DNA from: a virus
Lineage: Duplodnaviria; Caudoviricetes
IMG/VR virus record: IMGVR_UViG_3300016744_000001
Strand: one strand, 5' to 3'
DNA: 64,000 nucleotides
Below are positions 9,438-20,591 of the stretch, piece after piece. The translations under genes and the position numbers were made by a program. A model generated the notes under the pieces. It was given only the letters and a program-made list of their open reading frames with translations. It searched no databases and was not told the origin of the DNA. Numbering within the stretch: position 1 is the stretch's first letter; the number at the start of each line of letters is the position of its first letter.

Positions 9438-11210
9438 CTACCTCTTAAAGCAGTCGAGAACAAAAGTAGTATCAAACCCATTGAAGATTGCTGTTTGTGA
9501 CAGCAGTGATGCTACCTGATACAGGTAACTGAGTTTGTACACATGTTCCCCATGAATTTCACTGGGGAATGTGTTCACAAGCTGATCAACCAATTGAAGA
9601 CTTCCTTTCAATTGATCAACCGCTTCGAGGTTTGCATTGACCGCTGCCAACAGAATCTTCTGTTGTTCAAAGTCAGAATAACCAAGCTGATCCGCTGTGG
9701 TTTTTTCTTCAATGAACTTGTTGTTGCGGTAGGTGGAGGCAAACTTGAAAGCCATTGTCATACTGGACAGATTACTGTTCGCAGCCACCAAGTTCTTGTC
9801 ACAAGCAAGCTTGATGTCTTCTTTGAACTTGTTAAACTCGGTCACACCCATTTCCAACGTATCCCAGCTGTTCGCCGGAGTAGTCTGACCACTCACTGAG
9901 TTGAGATATTCAGTAAAGGTATCCATGGCTGCTTTCCAGTTGGAAAGGAATTCTACCGCTTGCTTGCAGGTCATTGCTGGAACCTCAGTTTCAGCGGTTT
10001 CCAGCTTTTCAGTGTGAACACCAAAAAGCTGTTTGACTGCTGTGAGTTTTTCGGAAGCACCAGCAAGCAAGACATCACAGTACTTCAGGCTGGGTTGAAT
10101 GAAAGAAGTGCTGTACGTGTTGCTTCTGCCATGCAAGAAATCGAAAAACGATTCAGGTTCGTGTACCAAACTTTCAAGCTGGTACTCTGTCTGGGCAGGG
10201 GCAACAAAGTTCGCCGTGTCATCGAGAGTGGTGTACACTCCAAGTTCTTCACACACTTTCGCGAACTCACGAATCTCAGTGGCCAGACAGGGATATACGA
10301 CCTGAAGGATCAGATTGGTTGCAGCTGTGATTCGGTTAAACCGGCACAACGCCGCTGCATGACTGTCGATGGCGTCACCCTGATACGTAGCATCGGGGAT
10401 TTGACTGATCGCTTGGAACATCCTGGGTGGGCTATCTCCGTATCTGGGAGTTTCCACCAACCAGGTGAAGTGCAGTTTGTTGACATTACTGGCCAACTTG
10501 CAGATTTCTGTAAACAAGTTGTTGCAGTCAATGTTGTTGTATCTGGCCTCGGCAGCGGAAGCATACCTGGTTGTGTTGCGCATGCTGCTCACACCAAGGA
10601 ACGGATCGATTTCATCTGACAACACTTGATCAACCAACTGCAAAGACTTTTCAGTCTTACAACGATTGATCAACTGAGTCAACGTTGACCCAAGATCCTG
10701 TTCGTGTTCAACAGGTTCGCTGATGATCGCTTTGATGTCCATCAGCTTGGCGACAACATTGGAAAGCAGTTCAATTTTTGTTTGCACAAACGGCAGGCTG
10801 ACAACATCCGTCAAACAAGGAAGACCAAGCTTGTCATTGGGGATTGACTGTACCTTGTTTATCCGGTACTGAAGCTCCATGGCGATCCGGGCATCGTGGA
10901 TCAGTTCATCAAACGCACCCATGGTTTTGGAGACGGATGACATGTAGTGTCGTTGGGAGACGACAAGCTTTTTCAGCTGGGCATACGCCGTGCTGTTGTA
11001 GATCTGTCGTTGGATTGACAACTGCTCAGGCAGCGCTGTTTGTGTGGTCAACGAAGTCGCTTGCTGATTCGCAAGGGTGTCAGCGTATTCCTGTTTGTGT
11101 TTCTGGACGGTTGATCCTGATTGACTAAGATTCTGCAAGATTTCACGGCTTTTTGTCGTAACATTTTCACTCTTGCTGAACTGCTTCACAAAGTTCGATC
11201 GCTGGGTCAT
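9438..11210 (-). CDS. Putative internal head/virion protein
   Basis: 590 aa; GGAGG RBS; candidate prohead protease site AME; structural context. Confidence 0.55.
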   Translation of the reverse strand: MTQRSNFVKQFSKSENVTTKSREILQNLSQSGSTVQKHKQEYADTLANQQATSLTTQTALPEQLSIQRQIYNSTAYAQLKKLVVSQRHYMSSVSKTMGAFDELIHDARIAMELQYRINKVQSIPNDKLGLPCLTDVVSLPFVQTKIELLSNVVAKLMDIKAIISEPVEHEQDLGSTLTQLINRCKTEKSLQLVDQVLSDEIDPFLGVSSMRNTTRYASAAEARYNNIDCNNLFTEICKLASNVNKLHFTWLVETPRYGDSPPRMFQAISQIPDATYQGDAIDSHAAALCRFNRITAATNLILQVVYPCLATEIREFAKVCEELGVYTTLDDTANFVAPAQTEYQLESLVHEPESFFDFLHGRSNTYSTSFIQPSLKYCDVLLAGASEKLTAVKQLFGVHTEKLETAETEVPAMTCKQAVEFLSNWKAAMDTFTEYLNSVSGQTTPANSWDTLEMGVTEFNKFKEDIKLACDKNLVAANSNLSSMTMAFKFASTYRNNKFIEEKTTADQLGYSDFEQQKILLAAVNANLEAVDQLKGSLQLVDQLVNTFPSEIHGEHVYKLSYLYQVASLLSQTAIFNGFDTTFVLDCFKR

Positions 11211-11221
11211 GGTTTTTCCTC

Positions 11222-12199
11222 CTACCCATTATCAGGGGTAGCTATACAACGTTCAGTGGCGGTTGCCAGTTTGCCGATATCTGCGAAGATATCCGTAGTC
11301 ACGGTATAAGCAGCTTTGGCGAAATGAGCAATCCACCAAAGCCGAGCAGCTTTGATTTTTAGCTCATGTTCACGAGCATCTTTTTCTTTTTCACTGAGAT
11401 CGTCCATCTCAGTCGTCAATTCAAATTTGTCCAAGGCTTCCAGACAAGATTCGTACCTGTTTTGGAATTCTTGGATGTACTTTGGATCAGCGTACTGCGA
11501 GAGCTTATCACAGCGATCAATCAGACCAAGGATACCCTTGGGAGTGTACTTGTGCAAGAGCAACGGCTGTTTCTTTCGTGCGTCTCCGTATACCTTAGAG
11601 ACGTTTGACAAGAATTCATAATGACGAGCTTGGAATCCAATCCGTTCCATCGCAGCAATTGCTCTGTCACATTCAGGTGTCATCCAACTGTTAGTGGATG
11701 GAATTGTTGTGTCATAAATGGTCTTAACACTGCTCAATGCCCGGTGCACTGCTTCTACTGCAGTAACCCGTTTACACAGCTGATCATACGGTACGACTTT
11801 CAGCATGTAAGCATCAAACTTTTCACCATCAAGATCTCGAGCATTTTTCCACACTCGAATTTTGTAGTTGGTCAAGATCTGGGTATAACTGAGAAAGGTT
11901 GTCTCAGCATTGTTTCTCAGGGCAGTAAAGATGCGATCACTGAGAAATGCCAGACCATTACCCAGATACTTTACAGCCATACCGGCAAAAGTGACAAGGG
12001 CACCATTCAGATCCTCACAACCAGATTGGAGACCCATTTGGTAACCGGTGTCTTGGTCAGGCAGCAAATCTGGAGTGATGTCCATCATGCCAAGACGGAT
12101 CTTCAACGCAAGATAGATTCGATTCCACTCAGCATCAGGGAGTGTTTTAGCCGCAAGAAGGGCTTGTGCCCGCTGGCTAGAAGATCTGAATTTGGTCAT
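11222..12199 (-). CDS. Putative internal head protein
   Basis: GGAG RBS before ATG 12199; SGCE candidate cleavage site followed by an amphipathic helix, as in phiKZ inner-body paralogs. Confidence 0.55.
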   Translation of the reverse strand: MTKFRSSSQRAQALLAAKTLPDAEWNRIYLALKIRLGMMDITPDLLPDQDTGYQMGLQSGCEDLNGALVTFAGMAVKYLGNGLAFLSDRIFTALRNNAETTFLSYTQILTNYKIRVWKNARDLDGEKFDAYMLKVVPYDQLCKRVTAVEAVHRALSSVKTIYDTTIPSTNSWMTPECDRAIAAMERIGFQARHYEFLSNVSKVYGDARKKQPLLLHKYTPKGILGLIDRCDKLSQYADPKYIQEFQNRYESCLEALDKFELTTEMDDLSEKEKDAREHELKIKAARLWWIAHFAKAAYTVTTDIFADIGKLATATERCIATPDNG

Positions 12200-12359
12200 G
12201 TGTAATACTCCAAGTATATACTGTAGAAGTAGTTGCATACGGTTGCTGGTTCACCAAATATAATAGGCGATATCCAACACCATATGACTTTCGCATAAGA
12301 TGCCCACTGGCATGTAGTGAAATTACCACAAGAGTTTAACCAACAACAATACTGTTAAG

Positions 12360-12629
12360 GTGGAAAAGATGTCACAACTGAACGTAACAATCCCGACTGT
12401 TCAGTCAGCCACATCCCAGCAGCTGACCCCGTTTCAAAGAGAAGTTCAAATGAACAAAACGGTTCAGGAATACCGTGGCGTCTTTGCCATGTTGCTGGTT
12501 CATGGCGTGCTGATGGACACCGTTGAAGACGCTGGGGATGAATCCTCAACCGAAGGCAAGGCTGAAGTGGCGAACATGATCGCTGACAAAATTGGTGTTC
12601 AGGCAGCGATGCCTGCGCAAACGAGGTAA
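12360..12629 (+). CDS. Small hypothetical protein
   Basis: 89-aa ORF directly upstream of 12635; start codon uncertain. Confidence 0.6.
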   Translation: MEKMSQLNVTIPTVQSATSQQLTPFQREVQMNKTVQEYRGVFAMLLVHGVLMDTVEDAGDESSTEGKAEVANMIADKIGVQAAMPAQTR

Positions 12630-12634
12630 TCATC

Positions 12635-14407
12635 ATGGGAATCATCTTCAGTGCCATTGCTCAGCCGAGCTACATGTTGACCCCAGAAAAAGTTCGTCAG
12701 GATACCGAATTTGCGATCATCCTTGACAACCTCACCGATCACATTCTTCACACTCGTCTTGAAAAAGGCGATCTGACCACGGCAGAATTTGCGGCTAAGG
12801 TCATGGATGAATACTTCTCCACCGTTGGTGTGAACGACATGTACAGCTTGCGTGACATGTCGTACAAGCTGCGCACTTCTTTTGCGGATGCATATCACGT
12901 CCTCACAACAGTGATCGCTCCAGAAATTGAAATGCTGTCCAAACGGATTGACGATCTGGCCAGCCAGATGTTGGACAAACGTCTTGGTCACACCGACAAC
13001 CAAGGCAACTATAGTGCAGCCGCTCCGAAGTTCCGGCTGCTTGATGTGCAGCAGATGTACCAACGGTACAATCAGAATGCTCGTGATTGCGCCGTGCAGT
13101 TGTGCAAGAAGTACAACTACCATGTTGAGTATCTGAACAATACCAACATCTCTGATCTGCTCACACGTATTGCCCCAACCAATGACATCCAAGTCAGCTC
13201 CGACACACTGAGCGCGATTCTGGAAGACTCGATCATTATCATCAAGTCTGACGGTGACGGTGAAGTGGTGGTTAACACCAGCGAACCTGATGCTGTTAAG
13301 GTTGACGGTGATGGGTCCAATGTCACCGTTAATGGTGACACCACACCGGATGATAACGGTGGTAGCTCAGAAAGCACACCTGAAGAAGGTGGCAATGCCA
13401 ACGTGGATATCACGACTGGCAATGATGACGCCAACATCTCAGTGTCCATCAATGGTGAAGAAGTCACCACTGAAGAAAAGGAACTGTTGGCAATGATGCT
13501 GAAGGCTTGCTTCAGTTCATTGAGCTTCCAGCAGCTGAAGTCACGTCTGTTCGCCGAAAAAGGTATGGTCCGTGGCTCCAACCTGTTGGATACCCTGTAC
13601 TTCCTGTCGCACTCGTTGCACACCTTGGTTGAAAAGGCTGGCAGCAAACATCTGTCACCGACGACCATGTTGATGGTTCGTGAAAACCTGTCACGAGTTC
13701 ACGAACTGCAGATGGGTGCGCTGATCTTCTTGGATGTGCAATCCACAAAATTTGCGGACAAGCTGATCATCGACCGCAACCTGCTGAACAAGAACCTGGT
13801 GAACAAAGCGATCGCTGATGGCGTCGACATCTATCCTGTTCTCCGGGACTACATGCGGGTTTACCACAACAACAACCCTGAGGACATCTACCATGCGCAG
13901 ATGCAAGATCAATCCTTTGGCAGTGGCATTACTTACGATCAGGTTGTGGTTACACGGTACAACGTTGAACAGAAACTGATCAACGCGAAATCCTCCACCG
14001 TGAATGACATGAAGAACCTGATGACTGACACTCGTCGTCAGGCCTACAAGTCAGTGCTGACCACGTATGTTCGTGAAGTGGCGGCTCGCAGCAGTGATGC
14101 CCAGCTCAAGGTCAACCCCAACGACAAAGGCCAGTTCATCACCCGTAATGATCAACGGATCGACGTGGCGTGTGAACTCATGCAGACAAAGAGCGACACA
14201 GTCAGTGTCGAGGACATGCTGTACAACTTCTATCTGTCCAACTGGTACGGTGGGACGATGGTCGAAGAACTCTATCGCTACATGAGTGAGTATCTTCGTC
14301 AGTCAGCCACCACAACAAAGCTTACCGCTGAGACAGTGAAGATGGCGAAAGCCCAAGCGATCGCTGACATCGGCAGCAAGTTCATGTTTGACTCGTTTAT
14401 CCGGTAG
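12635..14407 (+). CDS. Putative virion structural protein
   Basis: 590 aa; GAGG RBS; internal D/G/N-rich low-complexity segment; ends at a hairpin. Confidence 0.6.
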   Translation: MGIIFSAIAQPSYMLTPEKVRQDTEFAIILDNLTDHILHTRLEKGDLTTAEFAAKVMDEYFSTVGVNDMYSLRDMSYKLRTSFADAYHVLTTVIAPEIEMLSKRIDDLASQMLDKRLGHTDNQGNYSAAAPKFRLLDVQQMYQRYNQNARDCAVQLCKKYNYHVEYLNNTNISDLLTRIAPTNDIQVSSDTLSAILEDSIIIIKSDGDGEVVVNTSEPDAVKVDGDGSNVTVNGDTTPDDNGGSSESTPEEGGNANVDITTGNDDANISVSINGEEVTTEEKELLAMMLKACFSSLSFQQLKSRLFAEKGMVRGSNLLDTLYFLSHSLHTLVEKAGSKHLSPTTMLMVRENLSRVHELQMGALIFLDVQSTKFADKLIIDRNLLNKNLVNKAIADGVDIYPVLRDYMRVYHNNNPEDIYHAQMQDQSFGSGITYDQVVVTRYNVEQKLINAKSSTVNDMKNLMTDTRRQAYKSVLTTYVREVAARSSDAQLKVNPNDKGQFITRNDQRIDVACELMQTKSDTVSVEDMLYNFYLSNWYGGTMVEELYRYMSEYLRQSATTTKLTAETVKMAKAQAIADIGSKFMFDSFIR

Positions 14408-14418
14408 CCGGATTCTCA

Positions 14419-14449
14419 TACCTGAGCAGGGTAATCCCCTGCTCAGGTA
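14419..14449. terminator. 13-bp stem hairpin
   Basis: TACCTGAGCAGGG-TAATC-CCCTGCTCAGGTA. Confidence 0.65.
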
Positions 14450-14458
14450 CTCTGTATT

Positions 14459-15007
14459 GTGTGTGAGGTATGTGCAATGACAAACGGTTTGAGCACGAAT
14501 ATTGTTAAACACACGTTGATTTGTAAACTGGATGCTGAGAAAACTGAATTCACCACAGATCAAATTGATCGGGTGTGTGGTTTGCTTAACTCAGATACAA
14601 CCGATCCAAAGTTGCAAAAAATTCAGGAGTGTTTAGTCAACCTATTCGCAAAGTTTGAAACGAAAAAAATTGACACTGTCTGCAACTACCCGGAAGACTT
14701 TGAGGTATTGACCCAAGCCATCAAGTTTTTGACTTTGGAGTTGATTAAACTCACTGGTGGCAGTGGGTTGTTTACGTATCCGATTCTCTTTCATGGTAGT
14801 CGGTTGGCGGCAGTTACCTGGAAAGGAACTGCTAACTTCGTGACAGACGAGACCGTCAAGCCATTTCGTTCGTTAGCTGGAGATGAGTTTGTGTATTACT
14901 ACTATTCAGCAAATGCTGAAGTAGAATTCTCATATACACGAGCTGATCACTGTACATTTAGTGTGAAACTTCCAAAAGAACTGGTCACTGAAAAATGCTT
15001 TTCTTGA
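14459..15007 (+). CDS. Hypothetical protein
   Basis: ORF between two hairpins; the start is probably the ATG after GAGG (about 14477). Confidence 0.65.
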   Translation: MCEVCAMTNGLSTNIVKHTLICKLDAEKTEFTTDQIDRVCGLLNSDTTDPKLQKIQECLVNLFAKFETKKIDTVCNYPEDFEVLTQAIKFLTLELIKLTGGSGLFTYPILFHGSRLAAVTWKGTANFVTDETVKPFRSLAGDEFVYYYYSANAEVEFSYTRADHCTFSVKLPKELVTEKCFS

Positions 15008-15010
15008 TAA

Positions 15011-15043
15011 CTCACTACCAGCAGGAATCCTGCTGGTAGTGAG
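15011..15043. terminator. Hairpin between convergent genes
   Basis: CTCACTACCAGCAGGA-A-TCCTGCTGGTAGTGAG. Confidence 0.75.
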
Positions 15044-15050
15044 CTTGTAA

Positions 15051-17906
15051 TTAACTGATTGCTGTGTATTCCAGTTCAAGCTGGTCTTGAAGGATCAATT
15101 GCTTGTCCTCACTCAATACCAACTGTTGCTTCAATGAAGGCTGGGCACTTGAGTCCTCATTGACCAGAGTCTGAAGATCTGTGCTACCTTCAATGCCAAG
15201 GGCATCAATGGAATCGATGTAAGCGATCTTTTCCTTGATGGCTTTTGCCATGTCAGTCTGGGAGATGATCGACAGCTTGAGCATGTCGTTGATCAAGCTA
15301 GTTGACGAATCAAAGATGACCTTTTTGATCGAGGTGTCATTGGTCACCAAGCGATCAACATGGACCTTGAACCTCATCGTCAAATCCAAAGGCAAGATCA
15401 CTTCTACCCCATCACCAGTGTAGTACTTGGCACTGCCAGTGGTACGACTGGGTTTGAAGTAGATATTCGTTCGTTCAGTGATGTACCCCTTTGAATCACG
15501 AATCAGCTGGAAGTTGGTTTCAAACATCTCAACCAATCCAGAAACAAAAGCTACTTGTGTCGGATGTTCGCTGATGTACAGTTTACCATCAAACACTGGC
15601 GCTTGGATGAGGTATTCATTGACACGTTGGTCTTGGACAATCGGATTGCCCGTGGTGTCAAGACAGATCTCACCTTTCTTGTGCAACAGTTCAGGATTGC
15701 CATCCAGACCAATGATGGTGTCACCAGCCGCATGGATCTTGACCAGCGGGAAGACGGGGACGTTATCAGCATCCGTTTGGTACACGTCAGCCGGATAAGT
15801 GCACGGGATGTCGACAGCATACCGGAGGTATTCTTTCTTGGTCTTGGTCAGGTTGACACCATTGTAGATGACGTCATCAAGAGCATGACCAAAGTTGACA
15901 ATCATGGACTGCTTCAGTAAAGCACAGTACCCGTTCATGACATTCGTTGGTACGGTTGAGTACATGTGTGGAGGTGTTGACACATCAGGGAAATGTTCTT
16001 GCTTGACAAGGTACGTGATGTCAAACTTGGTCGACAATGAGACACGATGATTCAGCGTGGTAGCTTCATCCTTGACATTGGTCAAGTTGATCTCATTGTC
16101 TTCAGTAATCCAATAATCGGTCTCCAACTTGCACTCGTAAAGAGTGTAGTCATCAGCCGTGCCCACCTTTGTTGCCGCAACACCGATGATCGCACCATCG
16201 GTGGAAGTTGCTGACAGCCAGACGGTGATGTCAGATTCAGGAATTTCATCAAGATAGTCTTTCTTGACAACCAAGTGAATGAGGAAACTGCCACCACCGT
16301 TGTCTTGGTGGGTGATTGCTTCACTGATCGTGAGCATTTGTGCCAAGGCGTTCGGGTTGTCCTCAGCAATGGTCATCTTCTCGATGGTTGGCTGCATCAA
16401 GTTGTAGGCGATCGCTGTCGGGTAAACAAGCTTTGGTAGCAACCGAATGTGGAAGGGTGTTCTGACATATCGGTTATTGTTGAACTCCGCTGCGAGCTCT
16501 TCTTTGTTGAGTGTCGCAATGAAGTTAACTTCATCATCCGTTAGCGGCAAGCATGAATCTTGATTCATTTCAAACTTGAACCAAGTATTCGGAAGAATGG
16601 TCATGGTGCCGTCAACATTCTTCTTGATTGTGCTCACGGTTTCGTGGATCGTTGGATAAATCCGAAGATACGTGTTGGTCGATGGCATGATGTTGTTTTC
16701 AGCATCGAGGAACGGTTTGTAGATGAAGTACATCAGGTTGGTCAGGTTGTCCTGATACCGTTGCACTTTGATCCCGTACGTTGAGTAGTAGTTCTGCACA
16801 TCAATCGGTGTGATCTGAGCTTTTGTTTTGAAGCTATCAGTGATCACTCGTTGACGTTTTTCTTCGAACGTGTATCCATCAGTACCTTCAGTGGTAGTCG
16901 GCGACTCGATGTTGATCAACACAGTCGGGATGTACCTGAGTGGTTCTGAATAAGCATCAGCCTGAACACCATCAAGGTTCCAGTTGAAACCAACCTGATC
17001 AGCAGGCAAAGCCCCAACGTTACTGGTGATATTACCTTTGGTGGTGTAGGTCTCAACGTACAGTTTAAGACCCATATAGCCAAGAGTGAAATAGATCTGT
17101 GGGATGTTCACCACAAACTTGTTGATGTCCTGCTCCACTTGCAATCTGGCTGTGGGCACGGTGGGATCGTAGTTATCCTGAACCAGGGACTGACTCAGTT
17201 CAATCCTTTTCCCGTTGTAATCAGTGAACAACCGAACGGCGTAGAACTTGTCTGTGTAACTGATTGTGCTGTTGCAGCCAGTGGATTTTTGGATCACCAC
17301 TTCAGTTTTGGTACGGGAGAACTGATACACCGTGAGGTGCATGACGATCAGTGTGAACCCAAGATAGTTGAGTTCATTGAACTCTACTCGGTTTGAGTCC
17401 AACGACATCAACGGGTGTTGCTCACTGATGTCATACGTGACCAGCGGCACACCACTACGTTCATCTACCTGAATCCTGATCGGGTAGTACAATGAGAATT
17501 CAAGATTGCCAAGCTTGATTGTGGTGTCTTTGGGGATCACCAGAACGCGGTAGCTGTTATTGACAAGAACACCTTTTGTCAGGACGTAGTTCTTATCAAT
17601 CGACAAGGCGATTGTTGCTTTGCTGGGAGTAGCAAAGCTGCCGACGTAGTCGTAATCCGACATATGCAGATTCAGATCGGCATCAGTCATTGCCCGGTTT
17701 GCCAAACGGCGTTCATTTTCTTTTTCAGTAGCGAACGCATAGTCAGCAGTTACATCGCTAAAACCCTCAATCAGTGAGATAGCAACTGAGTTTGGGTCAA
17801 CAAGTACGGCTGAACCACCAAGAAATTTTGATTCAAGGTGTTCGTACAATCTGGTCTGGAGATTGACCGGATTTGACATCAATTGAAGTGCAGTGATTTC
17901 GGCCAT
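15051..17906 (-). CDS. Virion structural protein, baseplate-wedge-like (phiKZ gp87-like)
   Basis: 951 aa; N-terminal DPNS...LIE and HMSDYDYVGSFATP motifs; head-to-head arrangement with gp89/gp90-like genes. Confidence 0.7.
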   Translation of the reverse strand: MAEITALQLMSNPVNLQTRLYEHLESKFLGGSAVLVDPNSVAISLIEGFSDVTADYAFATEKENERRLANRAMTDADLNLHMSDYDYVGSFATPSKATIALSIDKNYVLTKGVLVNNSYRVLVIPKDTTIKLGNLEFSLYYPIRIQVDERSGVPLVTYDISEQHPLMSLDSNRVEFNELNYLGFTLIVMHLTVYQFSRTKTEVVIQKSTGCNSTISYTDKFYAVRLFTDYNGKRIELSQSLVQDNYDPTVPTARLQVEQDINKFVVNIPQIYFTLGYMGLKLYVETYTTKGNITSNVGALPADQVGFNWNLDGVQADAYSEPLRYIPTVLINIESPTTTEGTDGYTFEEKRQRVITDSFKTKAQITPIDVQNYYSTYGIKVQRYQDNLTNLMYFIYKPFLDAENNIMPSTNTYLRIYPTIHETVSTIKKNVDGTMTILPNTWFKFEMNQDSCLPLTDDEVNFIATLNKEELAAEFNNNRYVRTPFHIRLLPKLVYPTAIAYNLMQPTIEKMTIAEDNPNALAQMLTISEAITHQDNGGGSFLIHLVVKKDYLDEIPESDITVWLSATSTDGAIIGVAATKVGTADDYTLYECKLETDYWITEDNEINLTNVKDEATTLNHRVSLSTKFDITYLVKQEHFPDVSTPPHMYSTVPTNVMNGYCALLKQSMIVNFGHALDDVIYNGVNLTKTKKEYLRYAVDIPCTYPADVYQTDADNVPVFPLVKIHAAGDTIIGLDGNPELLHKKGEICLDTTGNPIVQDQRVNEYLIQAPVFDGKLYISEHPTQVAFVSGLVEMFETNFQLIRDSKGYITERTNIYFKPSRTTGSAKYYTGDGVEVILPLDLTMRFKVHVDRLVTNDTSIKKVIFDSSTSLINDMLKLSIISQTDMAKAIKEKIAYIDSIDALGIEGSTDLQTLVNEDSSAQPSLKQQLVLSEDKQLILQDQLELEYTAIS

Positions 17907-17917
17907 GATAACGATCC

Positions 17918-19294
17918 TTATACAAAGGTAATGTTTCCTGTGGTGGTGGTACTGCTGGATGACGTAGCTGAATCCACATGGGATTGGTACTGAGTGATCA
18001 GGGTGCTTTCCTGTGTGTCAAACTGCGATTGCAGTTGCTGGATTTCCGCAGCAGTTGCTTCAGCTTCAGTGAGGACAGGATACATGATACCAGTTGTTTC
18101 ATCAACTTGGTACGTGACTTTGTCAGCGTACTCAGCTTTTGTCCTGAAGATGTCCAGTCTTGGCCCACGTGGAGTGTACGTAATGTACGGTATCCCAGTG
18201 TAATTGTACTCAGGCAAAATGTAGTTTCTGATCAAACCGGCATTTGTAGCCCTGGTATCCAACTGGTTTTCATTCACCACCGCTTCTTCCGTTGGACCAT
18301 TCTCATTGATGCTCCCATTGCCCCTGAGCATCTTCATGGTCGGAAAATAGCGTTCAACTAACGTGTTAAACTCTTTGATCACGATGGGATCATCTTCATC
18401 AACGTGCCCTGATCCGCACCGAAACCCAATTGAAAACTTTCGGCAGCCTTCAGCAAAGATGTCTCGAGTGTTGTAGTCAAACACTGAAGCACCATTCCGA
18501 CTGATTGGAAAACATCCGGTGTACTTTGCCCAGCGTTGAATGTATTGAAAAGATGGGTCCATCATGAACCGATAGAAGGACACTGTGTAGTTCAGGATCT
18601 GATCATCAATTTGATCAGGGTACAGAATCATTTCACCTGAGTTGATTAGTTCGATGTACAACATCCAGAACTTTATTGCTGCAGCAATTGGTCCACCTGC
18701 TGGATCAACTACACCAACTTGCAAGTCAAATGGTTTCTTGTAGCTATCACTGCCAGTAGCGAATGACTGGGATTCACCAAAGAAACCACCTTCCTCAGTG
18801 TGAGCATCAATCTGATAAGTTGGACCACCAGAGAAATCAGTGAGGTTATTGGTGATCAAGGTAAAGAATGGATTTCTCCAATCAAGAAATGGACACTGTG
18901 CCACTCGAGAAAACCCGTTGGTTCGAGCATATCGAGTATCCAAGTACGCTCTGATTGCAAACTGAACCGTACGATAGTCTGTTGTTCGCAGTAGTGACAT
19001 GATTCGGTTCTGGGTGAGATTTGTGTCTGTCAAGTTGAGTTCAGGTCTGGTCATGAACAGATAACCCGTCCGAACGTAATTATCCATGACAAACCGAGTA
19101 CCGTAACGGTTGAACTTCGAAAAGTTGTTTATCAGTTGGTGATCATGTTCGCCCCAACCAGAACCAAGGAACGCAGCATTGAGTCCTTGACTATAAAGAC
19201 TCTGAATTTTATCTTCAATTGCAGTTGCACGATTGCCGGCAAGGCTGTTCAATTGTGTCTGCAGTTCATTGAAAAGACTCAGTTCATCGGACAT
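17918..19294 (-). CDS. Virion structural protein (phiKZ gp88-like)
   Basis: GYLFMTRPELNL and LNYTVSFYRFMMD motifs; synteny. Confidence 0.7.
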   Translation of the reverse strand: MSDELSLFNELQTQLNSLAGNRATAIEDKIQSLYSQGLNAAFLGSGWGEHDHQLINNFSKFNRYGTRFVMDNYVRTGYLFMTRPELNLTDTNLTQNRIMSLLRTTDYRTVQFAIRAYLDTRYARTNGFSRVAQCPFLDWRNPFFTLITNNLTDFSGGPTYQIDAHTEEGGFFGESQSFATGSDSYKKPFDLQVGVVDPAGGPIAAAIKFWMLYIELINSGEMILYPDQIDDQILNYTVSFYRFMMDPSFQYIQRWAKYTGCFPISRNGASVFDYNTRDIFAEGCRKFSIGFRCGSGHVDEDDPIVIKEFNTLVERYFPTMKMLRGNGSINENGPTEEAVVNENQLDTRATNAGLIRNYILPEYNYTGIPYITYTPRGPRLDIFRTKAEYADKVTYQVDETTGIMYPVLTEAEATAAEIQQLQSQFDTQESTLITQYQSHVDSATSSSSTTTTGNITFV

Positions 19295-19410
19295 GTATCA
19301 CCTCAGTGGATATCTATAATGATCTTGTTGAACTCATCGTATAGGATGAAACCCTAACAAATTAAGGTTGCTCCGCTAAATCAATATAAACATGCAAAAG
19401 GACTTGACCC

Positions 19411-20589
19411 ATGGCTAACACTCCTATCATCGCTGGATTCGAAGGGATCGATGATCTTTTCGTTGACAAAAATGGTGAAGCCACACTTGGTAAGCTGTTT
19501 AACTACTTGACCACAATTGAAGATCGTGTTTCCATGTCCCTTCCCGCTTACCTTAAGCGAGCCGTGGTCGAGAGCAAGGTCTACGTTACCAAAGATGCCG
19601 CAATGGAAGAATGTATCAACGATCTTCTGTTCTGCATCAATGGTCAGTATGCTGGTTGGGTCATGGCAGCCTTGGCAATGAACCAGTTTGTTGGCGGAAC
19701 AAAAGTTCGTGACATCCTTGAGACAGTTGCGACAGAGGCTTATAATAAAGCTCCTGCTTTCAAGGATACCTCAGAATTGATAGCCGGACTGAACACGTTC
19801 AGGAATGTCGAAGCTCCGAACATTTACAGCGGAGCGAAGATGGCGATCAACCCAGTCATCCCGAACGATCCGAATGACAAAGAGTCAGACGTACCGATGC
19901 ACGGTGCTGCTGGCAGCAAAGTCGTTGAACTACCCAAAGACTACCGACTGGTGTCAGGCATCATCGTCGATGTGAACTTTGCTATCGGTCAGGTCAAGGG
20001 TGGGATATCAGTTCCAGTAGCAGTCAGGTTGCTTCCCACCGTGGTCTCTAGTGAAGTGGCGAAGCAGTTCTTTGCTACCAACTTCCATCTGGACACCTGG
20101 ATGCGCTGGTTCAAAGTCACCACTGGTGAGATTAAGTTCTGGCGTGACTTCATGTTTGAAATGGATAAGCTTGACGAACGAGTCAAGGCCATCAAGAAAG
20201 ACAAGACGGGTGTGCTGGAAGACATGATTGATCGTCAGCAGAACTCCTTGAGCTCTTATGTGCTGAAGATCCTTGGTTGGCGGCAGAACCGTCAGAACAT
20301 CGCCAGCACGGTGCATGTGTTCACCAAGTACGAGTTCGATCAGTTCTGTCACGACACGCATTGCAATTTCAACAATGCCAGTGATCGTTTGAAGTACTTC
20401 CGCAAGACCATGGCCATGATGGTGGCAGTGATCGACAGTGAGTACAATACTGTCGATATGTACTACGCCGGTGTTGGCCAGAAGGCCCGGTACCAGTTCT
20501 CGCAGCTGCAGAATTTCACCAAACCAAACCAGTATGACCTGACTTCAGTCATGCGTGCGTTTGCCAATACTCAAGCCCCGAGGTTCTAG
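19411..20589 (+). CDS. Internal head protein (phiKZ gp89-like)
   Basis: GEIKFWRDF motif; GFE and ATE candidate cleavage sites; synteny. Confidence 0.7.
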   Translation: MANTPIIAGFEGIDDLFVDKNGEATLGKLFNYLTTIEDRVSMSLPAYLKRAVVESKVYVTKDAAMEECINDLLFCINGQYAGWVMAALAMNQFVGGTKVRDILETVATEAYNKAPAFKDTSELIAGLNTFRNVEAPNIYSGAKMAINPVIPNDPNDKESDVPMHGAAGSKVVELPKDYRLVSGIIVDVNFAIGQVKGGISVPVAVRLLPTVVSSEVAKQFFATNFHLDTWMRWFKVTTGEIKFWRDFMFEMDKLDERVKAIKKDKTGVLEDMIDRQQNSLSSYVLKILGWRQNRQNIASTVHVFTKYEFDQFCHDTHCNFNNASDRLKYFRKTMAMMVAVIDSEYNTVDMYYAGVGQKARYQFSQLQNFTKPNQYDLTSVMRAFANTQAPRF

Positions 20590-20591
20590 CG